Assembly: GCA_013265495.1 (NCBI GenBank)
Contig: MU058781.1
Location: 248,001 to 312,000 of the forward strand
From: Vicugna vicugna
Lineage: Eukaryota
Direction of reading: 5' to 3'
DNA: 64,000 nucleotides
Shown: in pieces, positions 52,210 to 64,000 of the stretch
Layout of the letters: every line of letters starts with the position of its first letter
Position numbering within the stretch: the stretch's first letter is position 1
Notes under the pieces: generated by a model
Database searches by the model: none
What the model was told of the DNA's origin: nothing
Seen by the model: the letters and a program-made list of their open reading frames with translations, nothing else
Translations under genes and position numbers: made by a program

Positions 52210-54214
52210 CATGTTGGTTTAGACAGACGTTTCTAGAAACAAAAAGGCACTTGTACACACATCATAGGTGTGCTTTTGCTGCAGATCCAAAACACAAATA
52301 AAAAAGGACCAAGATAAACCTTCCCCAAGGAGAATCCTAATTTTCCCCAAATGCATTTATGCACAAATATCACACTGAATGCTGCCACTGGCAGCATTAT
52401 ATTAATGTTGTCGTTGAAAACATATCACATTGTTAATCCACTAAACTAAAATTACGACTTTTAGTTGCTTATATATTTATACACTTATATTAAGGTTATG
52501 GCCCAACGGATAAAACATTTTAGACGGTATGTTAGTTATATGAAATACACCTGATTAATCCAGGACCTATCATGACATTGAAAATATAGGCAAATATAAA
52601 ACATTCAAGGGAACATCTTGTGATATGTCAATTCTGTGCTATATCCTATAAAAGGGAATCTATTCTGAATGGAATTGCTTTCTGTTCCTCTCCCTCCCTT
52701 GTTGCTTCTTTCTGCTGTGTTTGGTATTAGGGCACTGTCACAAACAATGAAAAATAAACGTGAACAGTTGTAAACCCGCTGGCCTTCCCTTCTGATTATC
52801 ATGAGGATGGGTGTTGAGCAAATCTGTCTTACTCTGTGTGACTGGGGGTTGGAGGACTGTGGTGCTAAGAATGCCGGTTCGAACCCCGCTTAGAATTGCC
52901 TGATCATGTGTGTGCATGCACACACACACCCACACACACACACATGAAGAGAAGTCAGTGGAAATAGAGAGACCAGACTCGAGCCCTTCTGCTACATAAA
53001 ATTCAGCAGCCACTAAACAATTAATTGCTTTATTTCAGAAGCTTGTTCGAATTAAACATTAGTCACACCCTCTCCCTTGACCTCTGCTTCCTGGGTTTAA
53101 ACATCAGCCTCCTAAAAAGCTTACTTGATGCATTCCATAATTACCAAAAGTCCCCAGAAGAATGCAATGTTTTATTGTATTGCTGCTTTTTGAAAAGGGA
53201 AAGATGTGGATATATGTCTGTGGGCATATATATATATATACACACATGCATACATCTAGATGTGTGAAGATGCATGATTGTATTTCACAAAATTTTTGCA
53301 GTCATATTCCAAAAAGCACGAGGGAGATGAGAGACTGTGGGTAATGCTAAGGAAAAGAGGCTGGAGAAAGGAAGACAATGGGTACAAATTTCTACCAGTT
53401 TCCTCGGGCATCCACAGCAGCTGCTTAATGATACATGTATCATTATATCCTGGAGTGGTTGGAGGGCAGAAACAGACTTGATTACACTACAGACAATTGT
53501 TGCACAATAATTCTGGGCCATTTTTCATTAGCTGTCGCCCCTCACAGCAAAATACGGGGTGATTTTTTTTAAGGAGCAAAACAAAACAAAACACCCTTCT
53601 ACCACAAGAAGGTTGTCCGACAGTTAAAGATTTTTAATAATTCATCATGCGAAACATTTTAGGCTAAGTGCTAAATCTCTCAACTATGAAAACAAAGATG
53701 AGTGGGGGAAAAAAACAGAGCTTAACTTGATTTTATGAAAACAATAAGGTAAATAAAAGAAATTGCATGCTCACTTTTCGTGATTGCATATACATTTTTT
53801 TTATGGCTCTGCTTTGTCTGACAGGCTTTGTCACGAGTAGGTGGAATAAAAAGGGTTTGTTTTGAGCAAATTGATTAAGAAACTGATTTCTTTTTAAAAG
53901 ATGCATGGAAAACTCTCCCCTGGTTATCATTTTGGTGTTTTCACATAGCCACTGACTGGCATCGTATCCAAGCCCCCTTGTAAGTTTTATTTCTAAGGAA
54001 GAGGGAGAATTTTTATCCACATGCATGTCTTTCAAAGAACAACATTGGGCATCTTAGGGTATTTATTTTCCCCTGAGATCATAATGATAATAAGGAATAG
54101 TTGTAAGGCGCTGGGTCTCAGGCAAATATTCAGAGTACTTGGTATGTGTTAACTTACGGACCGCACAATCCCTCTATGAGGCAGGTGCTCCTGTCTCCCC
54201 ACATAACAGACTCT

Positions 54215-54572
54215 AAGTCGGGGACCTTCAGTCCGGCCGATGCATGACCCCCTTGCGCAGTCTGACGAGGCTCTTAGAGCCCTTCACAGAACCATATGCT
54301 AAAGGTATAAAATATAATACTTAGGAGCACCAAGGAAGTCAATTATATTGAAATATGTAAAAAAATTGCAAATAATTGCATAGTTATGGGTATGCTTCTC
54401 CATTATGTAGTCAACGAGACTGTCTCTAGGGGACAGAGAGTGCAGACACCATTGTGATTCACTGCCTACCTTTATAATTGATGGGGGTCCGAACTTTTGT
54501 TTAAAGAATAGTGAAAATAAAAGTGTACTCTTTTTTGATGCAAGTTCACGGGCCCCAGATTACGAAGAACAT
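54215..54572. mobile_element. Decayed hAT-Charlie-like DNA transposon inside a MIR
   Basis: aaggaagtcaattatattgaaata and gtgaaaataaaagtgta...caagttcacgggcccc motifs. Confidence 0.45.
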
Positions 54573-56829
54573 CTGACAGTCTCATCTCATGCCCCAACCT
54601 GTGGCAAACTCAAAGAGAAAGTAAATTAAACATTAAATTAATTAAAAAGGCATGATGAAATGTGTCAAGTAGACAAGCTTAATTTGGAGCTATTTTTATA
54701 AAAATAGAGCAAACAGCATAAGCAAGTTTCTACCTTGGAAGCCATGCAGAAGCCTTGGGACTCTCTTCTGCAAAAACAAAGACCTGTACGAGACCTCAGA
54801 GCAAGAGAGTGAAATAGTTAGACCTGCTTTATAGAAAGACTTGAGCTGCTCTGTATTCGGGCATTTAAAAAGGTACGTCTCGGGCATTTTCCCCCCAGTT
54901 TTTCAAGTCAGATTTGTCTACTTTTCTTTGCTTAACACTAGCCTTTTTTTTTTAAAAAAAAAAAAAACCATTCATGAAGCAGCAGACTGAATACCACAAC
55001 AGAGGCAAGGCATCCTTCTGCCGCAGAAAGGTAATTTTGTCTAGTCCCTGCCATGGAGTCCAGCGTTTTTCAGTCTGAATTATGGCCCGTGATTGGGTCA
55101 GCAGCTGTCAGGCGGAACAACCACGTCCATCTGCTCCGTGTTGCCTGATACTGTCTGAGACACCGTCAAGATCTGGCTCGCAGAATGGAAGGTGGAGAAA
55201 TTCAGGAGGCCTGGGATGATTTTGATGTTCCCTAGCAAAGATCTTGGAAACTCATTCTTCACAAAAGATAGCTAAGTGGCTAAGTCTCTATTCCAAGAAA
55301 CTGAATAAGAAAAGAATCTCAGGGAATCAGTTCTTAAAGGCTTTAATATAAAGATCCAATTTGCAAAGAAAAAGGAAGCTAAGGGAGAGGACAGGGAGTG
55401 TAAGAGATGACAGGATAAGAGAAGCATCTTTCTGAACTTTAGTCATTAGTTGATGGCATCTTTGCCCATCTGCTTCAGATTATGAGTCTGACTTCTTTCA
55501 AAACAAGATTTTAAAGTATCGAAACAATTCAAACTAAACCACACAATCGTTCAGAATACTTAACTAGATACCCGAGAGATAGTGGAACACAAACATTGAC
55601 GATAATTTGGCCTCAGTTTACCTCAGAACATTTGTAAGTAACAGACATTGCTTCCAGTGGGATCTTCAAAAACCCAACGTGAACAGTAGAATGGGGAAGC
55701 CCAGGTGGCCAGTCCCTCTCCTCTAAGGGTCATGCAGCCCGAGTAGACTGGTTCTGACGGCCATCCCCTCCTCTGTGTGAGTTCTCCCTCCTGCTCCTGG
55801 TAAGAGCAGAGTCCCTGCCCTGAAAAGGCAGGTCAGGTGACCAGAGAGCCAAAGGGACCTGGTCTTCCAGAATCCTACCTGTCTAGAGTAAATTTTAGGG
55901 GCTCGAATGTAGGATATGGGGATCCTAAGAACATCACAGGTGAGGGGTGAACAGAGGGAGAGTGAGGAGATAAAAGTGCCGATGTCTGGAGGTGCTTCCT
56001 AGCAAGGCTCAGAGTGAGAACCACACTCCTTGAGCCGATGAAGAAGAAAGTGCAGGAGGTTAGGGAGGACTCTGAGGCAAACATCGTGTTTAACAGCTTA
56101 CAAGTTCAAAGTCTTAAAAGCATGTTACTCTTTGACCTGCATAAGACATGTACTATCACCTTCCAATATCAACCTGAGTCTGGGTTTCTGGAATCCAGCA
56201 ATGGGGTATCCGGATGTCCACTCAGTACTGACAAAGCTCTGGATGAGGCTTCTGCAGGAAGAGCAGTGTGGATGCTTCATACGATGTCTGGGAAAATTCT
56301 GGGTTCACTAGAATGTTGAGGATTTGCCGGCTGTAGATAGCGTTAGGGGTGCGTCGTCTTTTACTTGACCAAGCCCTGACTCAGACATCAGGAGGCATTG
56401 TTTTAATGGGCAGCTTTAAGATGTCACCACATTCTTCTCAACTTGCAAGCAAGATCGTTGAATCTCTAAAGTCAAGGGGGAAAATGAACTTTATTAACAT
56501 ATTCAGCAAGAGGAGACCTCATGAAGCCACACGGCACACGCTGAGCTGAGGTGAGTCATGAGCCCCTCCCTCTAAAGAAACCAGATCTCTCTTCTCTCTT
56601 GTAATGGGTCTTATGAACCATCTCGGCAAGCCTGCTTCGGTGTCTTCTGATGTATGTTCTCTTTTAGCATCAGAGATATTCAATGCTACCTCTGAGCACC
56701 TCACAGAAGGGAGACAAAGGCTAACTGCCTTTGGGCTCTTCCCTGTGATTGAAGTTGGGCCCCCAGAGTGCCAGCAATGAGGTGACTGCAGGAGCATTCT
56801 CTCATCTGTAAGACGGGGACTATTATGGA

Positions 56830-57070
56830 AACAGCAGCTAACGTTTTCTGAGCGCTTACTAAGTTGCAGGCATTGTCCTAGAGGCTGTGTTGACTTACTT
56901 TATCCTTAGACCAGTGCTGCGGGGTGGCTATAATTATTAGTATTGTCCTCATCTAATGCCTGAGGATCTAGGGCACTGAGGGGCCAGGTAACTCGCCTGA
57001 GAGCAGAACTACTTAGTAGTGGAGCTGGGATGGATTCCAATTCAGGAAGAAAGACGAACTCCAGAGTGTC
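56830..57070 (-). mobile_element. MIR SINE
   Basis: ctgagcgcttactaagttgcaggcattgtccta...aggtaactcgcctgag...agtagtggagctgggatggattc. Confidence 0.75.
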
Positions 57071-57856
57071 AAGAAATCAGGTGTGTATGGTGCCAAGCCC
57101 AGTGACCAGCGCCCAGCTGAGGCTTCATCCATGATGTTACCAACCTTTGCAGAACAGCATCTCTGCCCGACCCTGGGAAAAGGCAAGCTAGAAAGCAGGA
57201 GACGATAGCCCAAAAGGAAGATCAGAGATCCCTCCCAGCAGGAGCAAGTGACCAAAATCCAGAGGGGGACCCTGTGACTGTACCCGCCCCCACCACCCCA
57301 GCATCCCTCATCTGCTAGGACAGAGCAAAGCCAAAATGGCGGTGGTCTTGCTGGACTCCTGACCCTGGAAGACCCTGCGTGATCGCGCTTGGTTTTAGCT
57401 GGGATCCCTTCCACGACCGTGAAGGCAAAGGGCGTGTGCCGTCAGCAGGGCTTCAGTGGGTTCGGCTTACACTGATGTTGTCTGTTCATTGAGCTTCGTC
57501 TATGTCACACACTCGGGTGTTGGCCGAGGGTCTCAGGATGCCCATGGAAACGCAGCAGAGCTCTGAGCACCATCACAGTTTGTGGGGAGACAGCTCTACA
57601 GGGACAGAATTTCAGCGCAAGGAGACGCTGCCACAGCGGCCGAGGTGGCTGAGTTCAGAGAGGTCAAGCCCACGACAGGTGGAGGAGAGGGAAGAGAGGG
57701 GAGGTGACGAGAGCCCAGGAGACTCCACAGAGGCAGTGATGATGGGGGAGGCGGGCCTTGCAGGGGACGCCCGGAGCTGGTGCCTTCCGACCATGTGCCA
57801 GGGGCCGCTGTGAGAGTTGTACCGGTGTTAAGTCAGTTAATGAGAAAGGCACTACA

Positions 57857-58095
57857 GGGAGGAGGGTACAGCTCAGTGGTAGAGCGCATGCCTAGCATGC
57901 ACGAGGTCCTGGGTTCAATCCCCAGTCCCTCCATTAAAAAAAAAATACATCTATCAAAATTTATCAAAGTGCACATCTGAAATATGTGTAGTTTACTGTA
58001 CAGGAAACATACAATAATAAAGGTGTTAAAAATAAATAAATAGACCTAATTACCTCCCCAAAACATAAATAAATAAATAAAAAATAAAAAAAATT
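57857..58095 (+). mobile_element. Vic-1-like SINE with ~80-bp internal insert
   Basis: A box AGCTCAGTGG and B box GGTTCAATCC; tail gacctaattacctcccc plus A-rich run; extra sequence at 57946-58027. Confidence 0.9.
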
Positions 58096-58107
58096 AGAAA
58101 GACACGA

Positions 58108-58235
58108 GTATTATCCTCATTTTACGGATGAGGAAAAACAGAGCCAAGTTCAAGTAACTTGCCCCGAACCCCACGGCCGAGCTGGGGCTTCACCGCAGGC
58201 GCCCGGCTTCAGTCTGAGCCTCTCCTCCCGGTGCT
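58108..58235 (-). mobile_element. MIR SINE (CpG-rich)
   Basis: attatcctcattttacggatgaggaaa...aagtaacttgcccc core. Confidence 0.75.
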
Positions 58236-59527
58236 GTTCTAGCCGCGGGCAAGCCTTGCTGGTGAGAAACGCGGCCCAGGGCCCCGGCCAGCGTGAGGGG
58301 GAGCGCTGGGGGGTCGGGGAGGTGTGCTGTGCGAGACCTCCTCGGCTATGATGGTTGTCTGGATTTTAATCGTAAACGGTGAGAAATCCCAGAAAGGTCT
58401 GAGGCAACGAGGGAAAGACTGGGATCTCCATTTAGACAGAAACGGGGGGACGCCCTGGGGGAGGGTGGTGCTGGAGGCGGAGACCAGTCAGGAGATCCGT
58501 GCCAGCCCAGCCGGCTGGGAGGGACTGGCGGCTGCCCGTGGAGTCGTCCTGCAGTGTGGCCAGCGTGGCGGGCTCTTCCAGGGAATGGGTTTTAGTTGCA
58601 AGAGATATTAACATGGGTGGGAAATGGGTGTGTGTTGTTGGCACATTATCCAAGAACTCTACCTCCAGGTGCCATAAAGCAATTAATTGTAAGGCAAGAT
58701 GATCCAATCATTGAAAACGGATGTTACTGGGTTTTGTCCTGGCCAACTATAAACCAGATAATCCTTGCTAAATGTACCTGCAAATCTTCTTTGCTCTTCA
58801 GTAAATATTTAATAATAGGGGGTTGAAGAAGAAGGTTGTATTTCAAACATCTTAACTGTGCAACGCCAAGCATCCGCAGTCACAGGTATTAACACAGCTG
58901 ATTGCTGCTGAAATGCATTTATCAACCGAGATGATCGAATGAAGCAGCAGCAATGGCTTCTCTCCTCCCTGGTCGGGCAGGGACGGAAGGCTGACAGGTT
59001 CACTGCCTCTCACGCAGCGTTTGCATGTCTCATATTCTTTCCTAGCCAATTCCTTTTATCGATAACTGTGTGCTGCAGTTCAATCCTCCACTTCGTTAAC
59101 AGAGTGTGTAATTCTCCATTTTTTCCTATGCTTTGTTTTGAGGCGGTCACTCTCCCGTGCAGCACGTACATTCAGAACTCACTCTTAGAGTCGTACGTCA
59201 CCGCTGGTGCCTTATCCTTAGCTACCTTTTCTTTGACTCAAGGAACTTGTTTAACAAGCACATCTTTGCTGAGCACTTTTGGAGGCTAGAAACTATTACA
59301 GTCCCCAGGTAAACACTGAGGTGAACAGATGAGCCTCTCTGTCGTCAGACTTGGACTAGGCTGGAGAAGACAGACACCAAAGAAACCAAGCATGGAAAAT
59401 ACTGGAGCAAGAGCACACGGACAGACCATGGTAAAGGCTTTGGATTTTGTTCTAAGTCGCATGGACTCACAATGAATGGAATAACTCCTAAAACTAAGAT
59501 TAGTGCTCCTTAATATTACTCTGCTTT

Positions 59528-59678
59528 AATTTTTTGTATATATATATATGTATATATGTCAGTTGACAATGTTGTCAGTTTCTGTTGTGCAGCATAATGT
59601 TTCAGTCACACATGAACATACATATATTTGTCTTCATGTTCCTTTTCACCAGGAGTTACTACAAGATATTGAATATGC
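59528..59678 (-). mobile_element. Short L1 3' tip
   Basis: gtcagttgacaatgttgtcagtttctgttgtgcagcataatg...tacaagatattgaata. Confidence 0.7.
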
Positions 59679-61074
59679 CTTGATATTTCTCTTGATTTCA
59701 CCCAATTAAAAAAAACCTGAATGGTCTGGAACTGATGACAGGTGCTTGGGGGTCACAGACAATGAACAGAACGTAAAAAAAAACCTCTCATTTCTGACTT
59801 AGCTTTTCCACCAACAATTCTCATTTCTTTAGAAATAACTGTTGTTATTTTCTTTGAAAGCAAATACTGTTGTTGAACTTTCCCATGTTCCATGTAGGTG
59901 AGAAACATCATACAAAACGTATGTCTATAATCCCCGAAACAGCAGCCAACATGTTCACAGAAACAATCCGTTTTTCTTCCTAGAGAAACTACCATGATTC
60001 AAAGTTAATCTCTTCCAAGGAAAGGAACTGGAATTGGTTCCTGACATGCAATCATTCATTTCTTATTTTACCAACAGTAATTAAATTGCCCGGAACTGTT
60101 GTCATTTAACAGCCTATTAATTGACTAATGTGCATCGCTTGCATTCCGAGTGTAGGTAAAATCCAGGGATTAAGCAAGAAGGAAAAGAGATTTGCCAGCT
60201 CTGCCTGTCATCCTGAAAGGGGCACATTTACCTCGTGGTGCAAAGTCATTTGTAAATGCACAAGTAGCTTCTGGCTGAGAAGAGGGGAGCCCGTCAATTC
60301 GAAGTTGCAGGGGCCACAGGGAGCTGGCAGCCTCCCTGAAAGCCACGGGGGTCTATTTCTAAAACCCTCTGGTGAGCGAAAGGACCCACCGTCCTTCACC
60401 GTCAACCGGACGCCTTCTTCTGCTGTAACTTCTTCTCTTATGAAAGATTTCACTCACCCTGGCCGGTTCATCTGGCTGATTTTGAGACGCGTGATTTTGC
60501 ATTCCTAGTTGGGGTCCTTCTTACCTTTCTAATGCTCACAGAGACCTTTCCCAGTTTCAGAAATTTAAACATGCATGGTTTATGGGACTCTCATAGCCTA
60601 TTTTGAGGGCCTAGGTTGTGTGCTTGTCAAAGCCTGAGGTGTCCTGAGATCTTTGCATCTTCGAATCTCCAGCATCCATGGAACCTGGATGGTCCCAAAA
60701 GATGCTGGCTGAATTGAATCAGGATAGGAAATCATTTACTCTAAATAAGGTCAAAAGGAAATGACCACACGGACATTCACAAGCATGATTAAAAGTTGCA
60801 GTTCTGGGATCTCATCATCTTAAATCGCTAGCAACCCAAAGGCAAGCATCTCTTTCAGTCGTAAAATTTTCTGCAAAGGATCTTACCCGCAAACAACATT
60901 TCTATCCAATTACTCTCCTTTGTGAAACCAGAAGACTCTCCTCCTTGGACTTCAGGCAGAAAGTCCTTTGTAAGCTCACATCACTCTTGCCAGGAAACCT
61001 TTTTGTGTAGGCTCATCCCAGACCAGCAAGCATTTATAGGTCCTCCTATTTCAGAGTCGTGCATTCCGCTGACC

Positions 61075-61190
61075 CTGCCTGAGTAATGTCTCCCCAGAGG
61101 CAAATGCTGTTGCTCTTCCGTGCCTCAGTTTACGCTCTATAAATGGAGATAATAATGTCTTCTCATTTACTGACACATAAGTAAGTTGGC
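61075..61190 (+). mobile_element. MIR fragment
   Basis: cttccgtgcctcagtttacgctctataaatggagataataat. Confidence 0.65.
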
Positions 61191-64000
61191 AGAAGACCCT
61201 GGCAGGGAACTGAAGGTTTGAATGGGGCAGAATCAAGCAAGATGTCATTGTTCTTTTTCTCCAGAGCCTCGACGACCCATTCTCTCTTGCTTCTCGTTCA
61301 TGGTGGTTGACATTAAGTAGCCTCGCTTATTTTTCCAAAAGAATTGACCCCCAGACTCTTGCCGTGGTCTCTTGCTTCAGAACATTTGTTCTTTGCATGC
61401 ACAATACAAGTGTAAAATTCTTGTGTGATTTCCCCAATAGTTGTACTGTTTAGATAAAATGCAAGATATAAGATTAAGTTGTAGGCCCTCGAATGTAAAT
61501 TCAAAATTAACTTAATTGCCTTTAGTTAATTGCCAGACCTCAGTAGTAAGAGGCCTTCCTTTTAAGAGGGCAACATGGGTGAGATTATAAATGTATTTTT
61601 GGCCACTCAGGCTGATGCGTGACCTCTGTTCAGTCTGAACCTCAGTTTATTCATCCATAAAATGGGTTGGGACAGGTGCCCTCTGAAGACTGCTGCTTCT
61701 GTGAATCTGTAAGTTAAATAGAACTACCTGTGTTAACAGAAAGGAAATTCAGTTGGGTTTGGGCACTTCTCTGAGATCAAGATGAGCACTGATCAAACTT
61801 TCCCAAAGAGATTAAAAGCCATTTTGCCATTTGTGTGTGTGTGTATTCCATGCAAAACACTTTACTATTCCTCACGTCCCCCAAACCCAGCTAGCCATTG
61901 GAGGAACTCTCCCAGGCTCTCTGTCTCTGTCTGCAGCCTGTCAGCATTTCTTGTTAAGGTCAAATTTATGAGACAGTGTAAAATTTCTAGTATCTGGCTG
62001 TGAAAGGTTGGGAGAAGAGAGAATCATGGCTAAATGGTCCATCTTGGATTCTTTCCAAACATATCCTACCAGAAGTCACAACAGGGATGCCCGAATATGT
62101 GTAGACTTCCTGTGACGTGCCCCTGGAGTTCCTACTCAGCAACAGTTTTCCGTTGAACAGTAGTACTCGGGTACAGGTCTGCAACCAACATCGATACCAG
62201 AGCCATAGTCTACCTTTTAATTGATTTAGGAAAATGTATTTGCTACCTACTTTGGTATATACAAGATACTGCGTCGAAGCACTGCACGTATGTTGTCTCT
62301 GCTCAAAGCCCAGAGTGGGTTGGATCATGTCTCCATGTTACGTCAAAGGAGTCATGAAAGATTCAAGCCAATAGGTTTGTCTCTCAAAAGTGTTTGAGCT
62401 TAAGCCTTATTTGTGATTATGGAGTGAGAAGCCTTGTTTCATAATAATGAGATGCTGGAGAATCTGGGAGTTTGGAAAGGGCTGAAGGATACTTCCTAAT
62501 GTGCTGGGTGTTAAGCAGAATAGATTCACTCCTTTGCCAAACAGCGTTCAGCACAGGAGTGTCGCCTGGCACAGGGCGATTCCATTAAATGCCATTCATA
62601 AACCCATTCTATTATCTGTGCAAAGATCTGGACAGTGTTTTCAAATTTGAATTCAAAGGACAACATAGGGCATTTTAATAACAAATTGCTGATCTGAGAA
62701 TTTCTCAAAGAACCCATTGTGTACCATAAGGTGATGGTTCAACTAATGCCTCTGTGGAAATCTGTGGACTGAACAACCGGTCTGGCTGGCTTACAAATTA
62801 CAACATTATTTTTCCTAAACCCGCAACATCCATGATTTCATTTCAGTAAAACAGTATTTTAAACAATGACTAAATGTGTAAAAAATATATATCAAAGGCC
62901 ATGGAACAATTTATTAATAATGGTAGGACATTTTCTGCCCTAGTCTTAATGCATCACTTAGGACCATATTGATTCAGTATCAGAGTTCCTGGAAACAAGC
63001 CTCTTATCGATATCTAAGATCTTGATGTTGTAATTGAACTAGAAAATGTAAGATTTCCACTGCTCCTGCTGAGAATTCTTCCCAATAAATGTATGTTCTC
63101 CACTGGGGCTAAAACCATTGCTACTTGTGTTTTTAATTTTTCCTCCTGTTTCTTTTTCATATTATTCAGTTTTCTTTCTTCTCTCCTTTTCTCGAAAGGA
63201 CAGACATATTAGATACTGTTCCTCTAAGACAACTTGCACTTTAGGGGGACATTTGAATGATAAACTTTGTTATAACTTACAGCCAGAAAATCACCAGTGT
63301 GCAGTGTGCAAGTACCAGAAAATGTATTAATGCTTAACTCTATAATGTGGTTGAATGAAAGTCTTAACAGAGAGGAGCTTTCACTGTTTCTCGCATTTTT
63401 TGCATGCTTTTTTGGAACAAGTTTAAGAGATGTCTCTGTCTGCAGCTTCCTTGAGCAGACAGGACATCGACCGCTGAGCCGCATGAATTACGTGTCAGGT
63501 ACCGGCAGGGCGTCATTGGCTGAGAGGACGAGGAGCACGCAGCTGGGGTTATGATTGTGACGGCAGGGCTTAGCGGATGTGTGATCTTGGGTAAAATGTT
63601 TCATCGCTTTGAGCATCTACAGATGAAGGGACGGGGCAGGGTGACTTAAGGTCCCACTACTGGAACACATCTTGGCTGTGTGTTTTCAGAAGCTTGAGAA
63701 AAGGAATGAAGAGCTACTTGAAGAAAGCTGACTAGAGCATCAGACATTATGAGAAGTAAACAGTTTTAGTGGCGTGGAATCATTCGAACAAGAGGAGTGC
63801 TTAGGGAAAGTCGGATGACACGCTGCCCTGGAGGGAGAAGGGGCGTGGCTTACCCTTCCGACCAGATGGCTGTAGAACCAGCGTAGACCATGTTGTGCCG
63901 GGCTTTCCTAGACGCCCGCTGTGGTACCAGGATGTTCATTCGTCAGGAAACTGGGAGAACTGCCTCCTGATGGCTCACAGCCAAATCCCTCTCTTGGAAT

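Noticed and set aside
57857..57935. tRNA-like sequence with A and B boxes (also at 27165-27236 and 45458-45535)
   Set aside because: SINE heads with tails and TSDs, not tRNA genes.

Overview
Mammalian, almost certainly camelid, genomic DNA: it carries six tRNA-derived Vic-1-type SINEs and comes from a gapped assembly (N runs at 16959-16988 and 19749-19913). It reads as gene-poor intergenic or intronic sequence filled with ancient repeats (MIR, L2, L1M, MLT1, MER5A) and younger ones (L1 3' ends with TSDs, SINEs, an ERV1-like solo LTR). No ORF in the supplied track is a recognisable host gene. The best non-repeat signal is a CpG-rich CCAAT/GC/TATA promoter at ~31.3-31.6 kb. It is followed by three phase-compatible + strand candidate exons (ending 31748; 32965-33143; starting 39053) that form one reading frame with a single in-frame TAG and a ~93-aa ORF I do not recognise. 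Other notable items are a ~2.3-kb near-identical tandem duplication, a perfect 18-bp-arm hairpin with template-switch hallmarks, an internal L1 ORF2 fragment with TSDs but no tail, a SINE carrying an old L1M-like insert, and several enhancer-like motif clusters. All family calls are by eye; no searches were run.
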